A stretch of DNA of 64,000 nt from the human T2T-CHM13v2.0 reference genome, Homo sapiens. Both the position numbers and the translations under genes were made by a program. The number at the start of each line of letters is the position of its first letter. Positions within the stretch are counted from its first letter, which is position 1. This document shows positions 1 to 16,224 of this stretch, one piece after another. Location of the stretch: assembly GCF_009914755.1 (NCBI RefSeq), contig NC_060940.1; one strand, given 5' to 3'. Under the pieces are notes generated by a model. That model searched no databases, was not told the origin of the DNA, and worked only from the letters and a program-made list of their open reading frames with translations.

Positions 1-291
1 TGGGCTCCTTCCTGGACTCAATACTGAGTCTGGTTTAGTCTAAAGTGATCATCAGAATGCCATCGCCCTTGCCAATGATCAAGGATGAGTGTGTTGCAAA
101 ATTCTGGCCAATGAAGGGTGTACAGGGAGATTTCTTTCATTCTTGAACAAGGGCACAAGGAAGGAATGTTTTTCTGCTCCTGGATATAATCTTCTCACCT
201 TGGAATTAAGGTCAGTATATTAGGAACCATGAGTGGAGCCAGCTGATGCCCTGAAGAGAATAGCAGAATGAAAAGATTAAAAGAGCCTGGA

Positions 292-460
292 TTAGCCAGG
301 CATGGTGCTGCATGCCTGTAGTCTCAGCTACTTGGGAGGCTGAGGCAGGAGGATCACTTGAGCCCAGGAGTTTGAGGTTGCAGTGAACAGTCATCATGGC
401 ATGGCAGTCCAGCCTGAATGACAGAGCAAGGCCCTGTGTAGAAAAAAAAAAAAAAGAAAA
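292..460 (+). mobile_element. Alu right-arm monomer / truncated AluJ
   Basis: Alu right-arm sequence and A tail, flanked by TSD AAAAGAGCCTGG. Confidence 0.9.
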
Positions 461-644
461 GAGCCTGGGTTCTGGAATTAACCAGCCCTGAAACCACTCT
501 AAGTCAGGAGTTCTGATTATAAGAAATACTTTTGTCTTAACTGTATAAGCCACTTATAGTTGCAGCTTGCTAACCAGCATCTCCGAGCAGAACATGCCAG
601 GTGATAGAGTATCTGCATCATTTCAAACTTCTCTTCAGAAAGCT

Positions 645-930
645 GTCATTCACTCAGCAAATATTCACTAAGCACCTATTATTTGCCAGGCAATTTACTA
701 GGTACTGGGGATTACAGTGATGACTAAGACATGGTCCCTGTCTAAAGTCACTAACATTCTGTTGGGTGAAACAGACATTAAATGACTAACGCACTTAAAA
801 TATTTTTTTTCAACTAAAATAAAGATAAATGCTATAAGGAGACATATAGGGTAATAAATAAACCATAGCAAAGGTTCTGGAGGGCCTGTGAAGGCTTCCA
901 GGGGAAGCTGTATTTGTGCTGAGCCTTGAC
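645..930 (-). mobile_element. L2 LINE 3' fragment
   Basis: CATTCACTCAGCAAATATTCACTAAGCACCTATT...GGTACTGGGGAT, typical of the L2 3' end. Confidence 0.65.
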
Positions 931-1019
931 TAGGCTCAGGTCTTGACTAGGGCCAGGAGGAATGGGTTGCCTTGAATGAATTGGACTAATGGTGAATTAA
1001 TTCCTATGTCAGGGCACAC

Positions 1020-1110
1020 ATTAGTCCATTCTCATACTGCTATAAAGAAATACCTGAGACTGGGTAATTTATAAAGCAAAGAAGTTTCACTGGATCATAG
1101 TTGCACAAGT
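1020..1110. mobile_element. MaLR LTR fragment (MST/THE1-like)
   Basis: TTAGTCCATTCTCATACTGCTATAAAGAAATACCTGAGACTGGGTAATTTATAAAG. Confidence 0.7.
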
Positions 1111-1223
1111 TCCGTACATCATGTCCATTTTCTAGTAAAGAGGAAAGGTGGGGTGAGACAGGTATGTACTTCACTTTGAAGACACTTCTCTTAGCCGGGC
1201 ATGGTGTCTCATGCCTGTAGTCC

Positions 1224-1711
1224 TAAGGCATGAGGTGGCACTCAACTCTAGAGGTGGGCTCGAACACTGGACCAAATTGAGGACTAGCTAAATCAGGGAG
1301 GGGGTAGAAGCAGCTTTCCATAAGACATGCCCACCAGTGTGCCATGTCAGTTTACCATTGCCATGGCAATGCCTGTGAGTTTCCCTTTCCATGGCAACAA
1401 CCCAATGACCCAGAAGTTACTACCCTTTCCCTAGAAATTTCTGCATAAACTGCTTCTTAATCTGCATGCAATTAAAAGTAGGTAAAAATATGAATGCAGA
1501 ACTGCCCTGAGCTGCTACTTTCTGCCTATGGCATAGTCCTGCTCTGCAGGGGCAGTCACAGAGCTGCAACACTGCCGGAGCTATAACACTGCTGCTTCAG
1601 TAAACTGTTTTCTTCTACTCTACTAACAGCTTACCCATAAATTCTTTCTTGGGTGAAGCCAAGAACTCTTGCAGGCTAAGCCCCAATTTGGGGCTCACCT
1701 GTCTTCCATCA
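1224..1711 (+). mobile_element. Solo ERV1 LTR (MER41-family-like) inserted into an Alu right arm (Alu pieces 1191-1223 and 1712-1837)
   Basis: Alu ...GCCTGTAGTCC | LTR ending in CA | GTCCCAGCTACT; 4-bp TSD GTCC; repeated CCATGGCAA/GAAGTTAC motifs. Confidence 0.8.
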
Positions 1712-2419
1712 GTCCCAGCTACTTGGGAGGATGAGGCAGAAAGATCACTTGAAGCCAGGAGTTCGAGGCTGTAGTGAGCTATGATTGCACCACTGCCCTC
1801 CAGCCTGGCCAACAGAGGGAGACCCTGTCTCAAAAAAGAGTAGACCCTTCTCTTCTAGGTTTTTATAATCACATGTCTTTTATTCAAGATATTAATCTCT
1901 ATTAGGGATAGAGGTTATCTAGGTTTAGTAAGCTATTTTAATATCTAGTTTTATGGCTAACCAGATCCTAATTAATTTACCTTTATTAAACAAATGCTAG
2001 AAATGTTCTTAGCTTTTCAGTCTGAAACACCTAGCACTGTGGCCAGCTCTTACTAGGATGCTAGCTCCAAGATTAGCTGTGGGAAGAACCACAACCGTGT
2101 AATTTCATCTCCTTCATTCTTGATGTGCTTGTCAGCATAATGGAGGCGGGAGAGCCTCTCTAAATGGTGGCTGGGATATGCAATGAGGTACTGTATATAA
2201 GCCCAGGCAGCATAAGTTCTCTCCCAGATGCTAATCTCTTTTCATCTCTTTACCCTTTTGCAGGCCTCTAAGAGTACCTACGGCACACTAGCAAAGGGCA
2301 GTAAGGATCCTTTGTTTGGAAACAGCATTTTGCAGTTTACAAGTTCACAAAATCTCTTTTGGAGCCTGTGAAGTACATAGTACTGTCATGAAGAGTCAGA
2401 AGAAAGTAGGTTTCGGGGC

Positions 2420-2590
2420 AGTACTGCCACTTCTCTGATTCGGAAGCAAGTTTTACCTCTTAGCCTCAACTGTAAAGTAGGGATAATAATTTTGGTTACT
2501 TCATAGGGTGACTGGTAGAATGACATAATTTCTAGCAAGTGCTTGCAACAAAGTAAATGTTCAATAAATGTTAGCTTTTATCATTCATTA
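2420..2590 (+). mobile_element. MIR
   Basis: MIR core CTGTAAAGTAGGGATAATAA and 3' end TGTTCAATAAATGTTAGC. Confidence 0.65.
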
Positions 2591-2982
2591 GGGACTATTA
2601 GCCCATTAGATGACAAAATGAAGATACAGAGAGCCCACAATGACTATACTAATATTTAATAATGGCAGTATTCATTGATTCAAGCCTTATTACATGTCCA
2701 GAAAGCAGCTGTTATTGAGGTATGGGAGGGGAACAGTGGCTGCCAATTCTTTGATGTTTAATAAACTTTTATTAATGTCCACAGTGAACAAAGGTCCATG
2801 CTGACTTTCATACTTGATTCTAAAGATTGCAGGATGAGCGTAGTTGGACACAGTCATTAATGTGATTGTTCTTGCAATAAGGGGAAGACAAAGAGGCGTG
2901 CCTTGACAATTACACTACTATGTACTAAATGCTATGCTAGAGGAAAGCATGTGATCTACCTATGCAAACACAAAGAAAAAGA

Positions 2983-3477
2983 TGTGTTAGTTATTGCAAT
3001 TAGTGATTGCTGTGTAACAAATGACCCCCAAACCTAAAATAGCAATGAATATTGATTGTCTCACACAGTTTCTGAACCGCAGGAATTCAGGATGGCTTAG
3101 TAGGATGGTCTGGCTCAGGGTCTCTAATGAAGTTATCAGCCTTGACTGCAAGCACCTGAAGGTTTGATCAGAGCTGGAGGATCTAAGACAGCTCACTCCT
3201 AGCTAGCAAGCTGATGTGGCCACCGGCAGGAGACCTCAGTTCCTCGTCCTGTGGACCTGCTGCCTGGGTGTCCTCCTGACATGGCAGCTAGTTTTCCTCA
3301 CAGCACGTGACCCAAAAGAGAACAAGGCAGAAGCCACATGTCTTCCGTAAGGTAGGATTGCAAGTCACATTGTGTCATTACAGGGGTTGGCTCTATTTTT
3401 GGTGGGAGGGACTATATAAGAGGGAAAATATCAGGTGGCAGGAATCACTGGGGCCACCTTGGAGGGTGGCTACCACA
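2983..3477. mobile_element. MLT1-family MaLR LTR
   Basis: TGCTGTGTAACAAAT...CTCACACAGTTTCTG...CAGGAATTCAGGATGGCTTAG...GGCTACCACA. Confidence 0.75.
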
Positions 3478-3859
3478 GAGGTCAACTGGCTCTATCTGGT
3501 GGTTCAAGGAAGACTTTCTAGAAGGGGTGATGCCTGAAACAGCTAAGTCAGGAACGATGATTTATAACCTGGGCTCCATGGACAGAACTCAAGGAGTCTG
3601 TGAACCTGAGTCAGGGGAGGTAGGATTACAGCTTCATTTTCACATACCTATATTGAAAAGTAACATTCTTTCAATTATCAACGTAAGAACCCATGCCAGT
3701 GTTGTTAGTAATACCTGTGACTTTGTCACCAGCAGAAATTTCCACTGTTTTGCATTCATGTGTGGTCAACATGGTAAGACCCCGTCTTTACAAAAAAAAA
3801 ATTTAATTACTGTTATTGTAGATATCATGAAATATTGCTTACATTAATCAAAATTATGA

Positions 3860-4169
3860 GGCTGGGTACAGTGGCTCGTGCCTGTTTTCCCAGCACTTTT
3901 GGTGGCCAAGGGAGTAGGATCATTTGAAGCCAAGAGTTTGAGACCAGCCTGGGCAATGTAGTGAGACTGTCGTTTCTACAAAAAATTAAAAACTAGCCAG
4001 GCATGGTGGCACATGCCTGTAGTCTCAGCCACTCAGGAGGCTGAGGCAGGAGGATCGCTTGAACCCAAGAGTTTGAGGCTGCAGTGAGCTATGATTATAC
4101 CACTGTACTCCAGCCTAGGTGAGAGAGAAAGACCCTATCTCTAAAAAAAAAAAAAAAAAAAAAAAAAAA
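3860..4169 (+). mobile_element. AluJ, full length
   Basis: Dimeric Alu with A tail; TSD-like AAAATTAT. Confidence 0.92.
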
Positions 4170-4200
4170 TTAACAAAAATTATAGTGATTGTCAGACTTA

Positions 4201-4450
4201 TTGTTCTCACTCACAAGTGGGAGTTGAACAATGACAGCACCTGGACACAGGGAGGGGAACATCACACACTGTGGCCTGTTGGGGGATGGGGGACAAGGGG
4301 AGGGAGAGGATTAGGACAAATACCTAATGCATGCGGAGCTTAAAACCTAGATGATGGGATGATAGGTGCAGCAAACCACCATGGCACATGTATACCTATG
4401 TAATAAACCTGCACATTCTGCATATATATCCCAGAAATTAAAATAAAAAA
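4201..4450 (+). mobile_element. L1PA 3' UTR end, 5'-truncated
   Basis: TTCTCACTCACAAGTGGGAGTTGAACAATGA...GGTGCAGCAAACCACCATGGCACATGTATACCTATGTAA. Confidence 0.9.
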
Positions 4451-5391
4451 CATTAGAGTGATGTTAGACCTCACACCAGATCTTGATATTTAATGCATAA
4501 TTAATGAATTACAGATATTTGTATATAATTTTGTTTTTAATAGTTTAGTAATTATATTTCAATGTACTTGTCTTTGTAACTGTGTGTTTTACATTATGCA
4601 ATTAAGGACATCCTTTTGAGAAAGAAACCATAAATGTTACCAGCTGCCAAATAGGTCTATAACACACATATATACAAAAGTAGAGAGTGCAGAAGGATGA
4701 ATAGGAATTATCCATTAAAAGGAAAAAAGAAATGGCATTACAGGCAGAGGCAAGAAGCAGGCAACTGTGTATGTATACTTGTGTATTACTAAGAGTTTCA
4801 AGTCCAAAAAGGGGAAGGACGTAAATGAAGCCATAAACATAATAGGGACCAGTTCATAAAACATTAGGCTAAAGAACCTGACCTCGATACCATGTGGTAG
4901 TAAAGGCTGGGATAGGAGATCCAAAAAAATTTGATTTATGTATTTATTTAATAATTATTTCTTTTAGAATACATAATTCATGTACAAATACAAACTTTAA
5001 AGTGAATATGGCAGAATGCTTCCTTTTGTTACTTGCTGCGGCTACTCTGGAATGTTTTGCAATCCAGAAGCCACCACGGGTTTCTTTACATTCTCAAGAA
5101 AACATTTTTATGTAAGGGAATGGCTGTTCAGATTTGCATTTTAAGTAGCTTACTCTGATCAAGTTGCCAAGTGAGACAAGGCTTTATGGAGAAGCTGCTG
5201 GTGAGGGTGAGAAGCAAGGCTAGGAATATGAGGGGGAGAATGTTATTCTTTACTTTCTAAAGGAGTGAACCACAAAGCTGTTTGCAGATTCCACACATGC
5301 AGAGAAAACACAATTCATTTGGTTGGTAAGTTCAGATTTCTTGTGCCAAACATGGGAAGCAGTACAGCGAGGTGATTAAAAATACTGCACA

Positions 5392-5720
5392 GGCCAGCGA
5401 AGTGGCTTATCCCTGTAATCCTAACACTTTGGGAGGCTGAGGCAGGACAATTACTTGAGGCCAGGAGTTCAAGACCAGCCTGGCCAACAAGGTAAGACTC
5501 TGTCTCTACAAAAAATTTAAAAATTAGCCAGGTGTGGTGGTGTACTCCTGTAGTCCCAGTTACTCAGGAGACCGAGGCAGGAGGATAGCTTGAGCCCAGG
5601 AGTTTGAGGCTGCAGTGAGCTGTTTTTGTGCCAGTGTACTCCAGCTTGGGCAACAGTGTGAGATCCTGTCTCCAAAAACAAACAGACGAACAAACAAAAC
5701 CCCAAAAAACAAACAAACCC
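5392..5720 (+). mobile_element. AluJ
   Basis: Dimeric Alu with degenerate (CAAA)n tail. Confidence 0.9.
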
Positions 5721-6291
5721 CCAAAAATGCAGACTTGCAGACTTTAGAATTGAGAGAATTTGGATTGAGTCTCTGCTTTACCATTTGCTAAGTCTTTGCT
5801 ATTTGCTAAACTAAGCCTCAGTTATTGCTTCTATAGAGCAAGGCTTTTAATACCCACCTCTATCTACTCCTGATGATGGTGTATCTGATAATGCTTGGAA
5901 AACGTTCCATACAGTTATGCATATACTTTAAAGTCAGATCTAACATCAGAGTGGTGCCTCATTTTTGAGTCTTAAGGTTCTGCCAGCCCAGCTTTAATCA
6001 CCAACAACAATGACGATAGCTAACAGGTACTGAGTGCTTACTCTGTGCCTGGTGCTGTGCTGAGTGCTTTGTAGTCATCACTTCCTTTCCTTTTTTCCCT
6101 TCACCCACTTTCTGGTACCTTTGCATGTGCATGTCTGTCAAAATCTGGGGTGAATCTTGGGCTCCAGGCCCTGGACTCTTTGGAAGAACTTACTTGCAAG
6201 ATTATAACAGCAATGGATCAGAGCGGCATCTTCAAAACTTCGGCAGCCAAAATAAGACACTCTAAACAGACAATGAAAGACTTTACAGTAT

Positions 6292-6583
<292 letters not shown>

Positions 6584-7110
6584 GACTTTAGACAGAATGG
6601 ACTTGTTGCTGCAATTTTTGAGTGCTTGGGTCCAACATACCTGCCCCCACGGGAGGGTGATTTTTTTCCCTGCAGACAGGAATGAAGTTGGACTGAAATG
6701 CCATTTTACCAATGCCAGCAAGTTAGCCATTATATGCTACGGCTACTTTGAAGCTTGGGGCTTCAGTGAAGTTTCCAGTGAAGTTTCCAAACTTAGAGGC
6801 CTAATTTCCAGAAGTCACAGCAATGAATGCACTCACCAAGGGAGAGGGCCTAAGTGTGGCCCAGGAGAAAATGTGCTTTATTACTTAGTCCTGGGGACTT
6901 TCATGATAAAACAAAATCAGGCTCTCCCTGTTATGCTTCAGGGAACCCATTTCACAGCCTATCATAGGTGCTAGGTTTACAAGCTACCTAGTTTAATGAA
7001 TCCCAATCTTTCAGATTTCACGCAATAGAGAAAAGCTTTGGTTTGTTGTTTTTATCGTTATTTGTGCATTGTTTTTAATGAGTTTTATAGCGAGATTATC
7101 AACTTTATCA

Positions 7111-7465
<355 letters not shown>

Positions 7466-7609
7466 CAAATCAATACCCTGCCATCACTATCACCTTCCAT
7501 AAAAGGTAAAACATTTTAACACCAAAACAGTAGAAAATACTACACATTACCTGAGAACAATTTTTGCCAAGAATCTAATAAAGCTTCTGGTCTTACCTCC
7601 AGGTTACAG

Positions 7610-8980
7610 AAGACATAGAGACAGAGGAGCAATTTAAATAGGGCCATGAGGAAATAATCAGAAGAATCTTTGGCGCACATTCTGTAAGACGGCATGACCT
7701 GGAACCTTTAGATGTCATTGTCACAGGGAAAAAGATTTGGGGGGGGGGGCAAATCTCTAGAATAAATGAGACCAAAGAGACAAGCGACCAAGTGCAATGC
7801 ATGGACCTTGAATGAGTTGGTGCTCAGAGGGGGACAAAGCTATAAAAGACATTTTACAAAAAGTGAAGTGTAGAGTTACCATATGACCCAGCAACTCTAC
7901 TCCTAGCTATGAGAAATGAAAACACATGTCAGCTGAGAGTGGTGGCTCCTCCCTGTCATCTTAGCAGTTTGAGAGGCTGAGGCAGGAGGATTTCTTGAAC
8001 TCATGAGTTTGAGATCAGCCTGGGCAACATAGGGAGACCTTGTCTCTACCAAAAAAGAATAGAAAAGAAAACACATGCCTACACAAAAATGTGCATAGCT
8101 GGATTACTCATAATAACCAAAAAAGTGAAATCAACCTAAAAGTTCATCAAGTGATGAATGAATAAATAAAATGTGGCACATCCATATAACGGAATATTAT
8201 TCTGTCATAAAAAGGACAAAGTATTGATCCCTGCTACAGTATGAATGAACCTCAAAAACATTGTGCTAAGTGAAAGAAACCAGGCACAAAAGACTACTTG
8301 TTATTTGATTCAATTTATATGAAATGCCCAGAGCAGGTAGATTCATACAGATAGGAAGTCAATTAATGGTTGCCAGGGATTAGGGGCTATGGAGAATGAA
8401 GAGAGAGTACTAATAGGTTTCTTTTTGGGGTGATGAAAATATTCTAAAATTAGATAGTGGTGATGATTACAGAACTCTATAGATATACTAAATACCACTG
8501 AATTGTACACTTTGAGGGGGTGGTGAATTTTATGGTATGTGAATTGTATCTCAATTTTAAAAACCCAAAATAATAGTTTAGGTACAATTAATTGACATAA
8601 TGGAGATATCAGTCATTTTCTTAGGTATGAAAATGGCATTGGGGATATGGAGAATAATAACCTCACTCTTAGGAGAGACCTGCTGATGTATTCATAGGTC
8701 AATTGTCATGACGCTGGCAATGCATTTTCATCTAGCTGAGCTCACACAACAGAATGGGCTCTTTACAGCAAATATGGGCTGAGTAAGCTGACTTACACCT
8801 CTTAATCCAGCACTTTGGGAGGCCGAGGTGGGAGGATTGCTTGAGGCCAGGAATATGAGACAAGCCTGAGCAACATAACAAGACCCCCAACTCTACTATA
8901 TACATAATAAAGCAAATATGGGGGCAGGAGTATTTGCGCATTCGTTGTACTCTTCTCTCAACTTTTCTGGATGGCTAAAC
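7610..8980 (+). mobile_element. Old L1M 3'-end fragments with Alu monomers inserted at ~7930-8070 and ~8775-8900
   Basis: GAGTTACCATATGACCCAGCAA, TGAATGAACCTCAAAAACATT, ACCACTGAATTGTACACTTT; TSD GAAAACACATG around the first monomer. Confidence 0.75.
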
Positions 8981-8981
8981 A

Positions 8982-9726
<745 letters not shown>

Positions 9727-9889
9727 TTCTTTTTTCTAATTTTTCTCACTTTCCCATGGAGTAGTGAAAATCTCTTGGCACCCGTCAGAGGACCAGAGCT
9801 GGGGCTCCACTGTCTGGGAGAGGCAGCGCTCAGGGCACCAAGTTGACAGGATGAGTTCAGGGCTAGTGCCCTTATTTGTATTCTAAACC

Positions 9890-10100
9890 CAGCCACTGTT
9901 AGCTTTCGCTTGCCACGTGGCCTTGGGCAAGTTACTTAAGTTTCTTGTGCCTCAGTTTCCTCATCTATGAAACTTGGGTTGCTAATAAACGGTGTCTTCT
10001 CATAGGTGGTTGTAAGGATGAAGTGAGTTAATATTGGTAAACGGCCTATTATCATGCCTGGCATGTAGTGCGTGCTACATGAGGATTTGTTAAATAATAA
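9890..10100 (+). mobile_element. MIR
   Basis: CTTGGGCAAGTTACTTAA...GCCTCAGTTTCCTCATCTATGAAA. Confidence 0.8.
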
Positions 10101-10122
10101 AACCCCATTTCTTTATAGCTAT

Positions 10123-11665
<1,543 letters not shown>

Positions 11666-12817
11666 GTACAGGAACTTTTGGCAGAGCGAAGTCAATGGAC
11701 TGAGCTAAGCAACCAGAAGAACACTAGTGTGAGGACTCACGTCACCAACTGGACTTGGCCCACAGCTATAGTATTTCTCTTTCCTGTTATTGTTTTAGGG
11801 AATAAAACCCACATTTGATGAAAGGTTGATTATGAACAGAGCTTATGACAAGGCAGGTACGTGGTTGGAACTTACTACCCAGAGTGCAGGAACTACAAAA
11901 GAAGAGGTTTTCATGTTTATAGAATAACAGGAGAAATAGTAGTGTCTCAGCAAGAGAGAGTGTGGCTGCCGGCTGGCCAGGGTGTGTGGCTGGTTCATGG
12001 AATAAACTGGAGTAGAACAGTCTTTCCTCAATACCTGCATATAACTGACATTTAATTAATACTGGTAGATGAACTGACCTCCAAGGCCAAGTCTCTTTTA
12101 CTCTGTCAACTGCTTGACCAAAGAAATTGGAAGTTCACCAGATCCCCTTTAATGCCAGCTGAAAAATAAGAAATGGACACGTGTAAACCTAGATAAGGCA
12201 TTAACAGGCAGACATAATGAAATAGGGGAATGTTTTAGAATCCATTATTTTTTCCCCTATTGAACCAAATATTAAACTCTCATTGCTTAAATTAATTTTA
12301 GCTTAATAGTTTAAAATATTCTGGCTTCTGCAATTTACATTGTAAATTTCTCATATGTGTTTGCTGCCTTGTATGAAGCAATGTTAAAATAAAGCTAAAG
12401 TCACCATTCAAGACATTAATGACAGTCTGGATATGTGGAGACACAAATGAGTGGACTGGGTGAATAGGGTGGTGATGGACAGATGGACGGATGCACAGAG
12501 ACAGAGGGATGGGGAAATGAACTCATAAAGGTGAAAATGCAGGAGTACAAAGAGGCTACATTGCATAGTGGTTGACAGCAGATGTCCAAATACCAGCTCT
12601 GACATTTACTGGGTCACCCTGGGCAAGTTACTTAATCCCTCCATGTCTCCACTTGTTCATAAAAATAAAGGCCATGTGGATGAGCATGGTGGCTCATGCC
12701 GGCAGTTCCAGCACTTTGGGAGGCTGACGTGGCAGGATTGCTTGAGGCCAGGAGTTTGAGACTGGCCTGAGCAACGTAGCAAGACCCAATCTCTACAAAA
12801 AAAATTAGCCAGGCATG

Positions 12818-13273
12818 GATTTTATAGATAGGCTTGAGGAGGCAGTGTCTGATTTACGTAGGGCCTACAGATTGTGTAGTTGTTCTCGTGTCACAGGTGT
12901 GACGTTTACATATTGCATGGGGAAGACTGGCCACTCCACTCTAATCTTATTAAGCAGATAGGCTTTCCACTTGGTCAGCACCATGTTGTCTGCTCCCTAC
13001 TGCACACATGGTTTGAAAGGAAAAAAGAAGATGGAGCTACTGTTTTGAACACGCCTAGTCCCACGTAGCCTTTTCCTATTGGCACAGCTGCCAGCATTCA
13101 CTTGTGCAAGCTTCTAGCTTGCTTGCCCATGTTTGCAGCTCGATTTTACAGGCTGCTCTTTGTTAGAAAAGAAAATGATTTGGAGACTGCTTTTCATCAA
13201 AAGGAAAACCTTATCAATGGTTCCCATACCCTCACTATCTGCCTAAGTAATTACTTTTTAACTCCTATGTCAG
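12818..13273 (-). mobile_element. ERV1-class LTR (LTR9-like), truncated, abutting an Alu left arm at 12670-12818
   Basis: Reverse complement begins TGACATAGGAGTTAAAAAGTAATTACTTAGGCAGATAGTGAGGGTATGGG. Confidence 0.65.
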
Positions 13274-13595
13274 TATCAGTGGGACCTGACACTGGGCTGA
13301 ACCAGGGGTGTGCAGGGAAGAGGTGGAAACAGAGCAATTGCTAAGGAGGCACTGAGGCCCCTCAGACATTTGCAAAGTTCTGACGTCATTGTTTTAACTG
13401 TGCCTCTGTTGGCATCCTAGGTTACCAACTCCCAGGCAACTACATCCTCCTCTCCTACCCTACCCCCATTGGCCATGTTGCCACTCTATCACCCAAATTA
13501 AATCACTGTTAGTTCTGAGAGCAGCTTGACTGGATTAATTCCCTGTCAATGCATTCCCCACCCATTTGCTGGAGGGCTTAAAAAATGTAAATTTG

Positions 13596-13918
<323 letters not shown>

Positions 13919-14439
13919 AAATAAGCAAATTTGATTGTGTCACTCCCTTGCTTGAAAGGCTCCCTTGGCTAGACAGGTGCTTGGCTATATATCCTAGAGG
14001 TTTCTCAGAGTAATTCTTAATAACACCCTCTTGCTCTCTCCAATGTGTCTCCATTAGGAATATAAAGTTATATGGTCACCCTACTTAAGGGGCTCAGAGT
14101 GATCTTACCACTTCCCCTCCTGACCCCATCACAGGCTTCTGCAGCTGTAGCTAACACTTGGAGTGTCCTAAGTGCTGATGCTGGACAGCTACTGTTTCCT
14201 CCTGTTGCTCTCAGATCCATTCCCTCCCTTTCTTCTGGAGAGGAGATTCTTCCCAGGTGCCCAAAGCCCTCTGGCTTCTGAGTGGTTTCATCCGATGAGA
14301 AGCCCTGGCAGGTGACTTCAGGGAGCCAGCTATTCTTCTCCCCATGACCTCTGCAGGGTTTTCCTGCAGCAATTATTCTTTCTCCAGGGTCCAGTCGCCT
14401 CAGGGCAGCCTGTCGTGGATGAGCAGTGACTATGTGGGC

Positions 14440-14850
14440 TGGTGTCGTGGGTGTAAAAGAATGAACCAAGACAGTTGTAGGTAAAGAAAGGCGGATTTAT
14501 TAAAGGCAGTAGGAAAATCTGTTGCAAGGTTGCAATGGGCAGAATCAGCAGAAGAGGAGCTGACGGCAAGGATACAAAGGCTTGTTGGAGATTTTATATA
14601 GTTTTAAAATGATTCTTGGGCTGATGGATAACGCCAAGGTAGCAGGGAGCTAACTTGCATTCTTCTGTCAGCCGAAGTGTTTGATAAATTGAAGAGTTAG
14701 ATGACAAGCAGGAAACTTGTGTGCTGTGTGCGTTATCTGTGCAGGAGGGCCATGTGTCTGGGGCCGTAAAGAAAGGCCGATCTATAGCTTCCTCTTTGCT
14801 TTCCCCTGGTCCTGCCAGCCTGACTCCTTTTTCCTAATTAGGACTCCACA
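14440..14850 (-). mobile_element. Solo LTR, subfamily uncertain, probably nested in an older LTR33-like element that also carries an Alu arm at 15036-15198
   Basis: Reverse complement begins TGTGGAGTCCTAATTAGG; AATAAA on the minus strand at ~14495-14500. Confidence 0.55.
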
Positions 14851-16224
14851 TAGCCCCCTTCTTGCCTCTGGCTCCCTAGCTTCTGTCATAGCTCCTCTTC
14901 GTCCCTCCAGCCTGTGTCCTGGAAATGACTTTCCATTCTGGCTCATCTCTCACTTGCATCATTAGCCCGAATTTGTCTTCTCAGCTGTTCCATACCCTGT
15001 GTAATGAATTCCCTCTGTCAAATTCGAAATGTTTGCTGGTGTTGGGAGCTCATGCCTGTAATGGCAGTGCTTTGAGAGGCTCAGTCAGGAGGACCGCTTG
15101 AGCCAAGGAGTTCGAGGTTACAGTGAGCTATGATTGCATCACTGCACTCCAGCCTGGGAAACAGACCAAGACCCTGTCTCTTAAAAAAAAAAAAAAAATC
15201 CAAATGTTAATCCTGGCTTATTTTCCTGATCAGACCCCATCATATATATGATGACATGTGTTGACTTATTTAATATCGTAACACGGCTGTGAGGTGGGCA
15301 TTACTATTATTTTCATTTTTCAGACAATGAAACTAAGGGAAGTTGAAGGGCTTGGCCACTGTCACAGTTTGTGACATAAGTTGGGTTCAAAAGATAAATT
15401 ACAGGAAACTAACATGGGAACTCTCCCTGTTTCAGCATACCTTACAGGTCTTGGTTTAAATTTGTCTTAGAACCTTCAATCCACAGTTCTTTGGGTTGAC
15501 TGTTGACCTTCTGCTAATTCACTGTTATTTCTGGATATAAGGAGTCTCTCTCTATATATATATCAGAGACAGCTTTTTTTTTTCATTTGTGTGTTTGAAT
15601 GAATAGATGAAATACAAACATATCTTCCTAAATAAGGACGCATTGATTAGAAGAGTTTTCCATAAGACTGCTGTTCAACATTCTTCCTTATTGGTTACTT
15701 CTCAATGAGAAATTATCCGAAGAGCTAGGATGCCTCCCAGATCTCATTGGTACATTGAGTTTTGCACCAAAGCATCAGGCTTAATTTTCCAAGGAATGGC
15801 AATTTAAGTTAAATCAGGTTTGCAGAGTTGTCGGGGTGTTTGTGTATTTGAGGTTGGGAGGGGAAGGAAACGATCATCTTCAGGGTAATGATAATAAACT
15901 AATAAAATGTGGCTCCAGGAATGTTGCACTAAAACTTTGTGCCTCCTGCATACATTTCTTTTGAGTAATGCCAAATTGTGTTCAGTAAAATCTGATCAAT
16001 CTTATGTGCGTAAATTGTCAGTTATTGCAGAAGTAATCAGTCAAAAAGAAAAGAAAGTTTAAATGTAGAGACCCTTGTTAGGAGCTGGGCTTTAGCCTTT
16101 AAAATCGTGGGTGGATAGGGCCATCTGGTGTGCAGTTGTGTAACTAGACATTGCTGTTTTTTTTTTAACCTCCTTGCTAATAATCAATGTGATTCATTTG
16201 TCTTTACAAAAACAAACCATTCTT

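Noticed and set aside
13381-13388. Perfect CRE palindrome TGACGTCA (also at ~6342 in an Alu), and CACGTG E-boxes at ~56944, ~57012 and ~60515
   Set aside because: Isolated 6-8-mers are expected by chance in 64 kb; no supporting context
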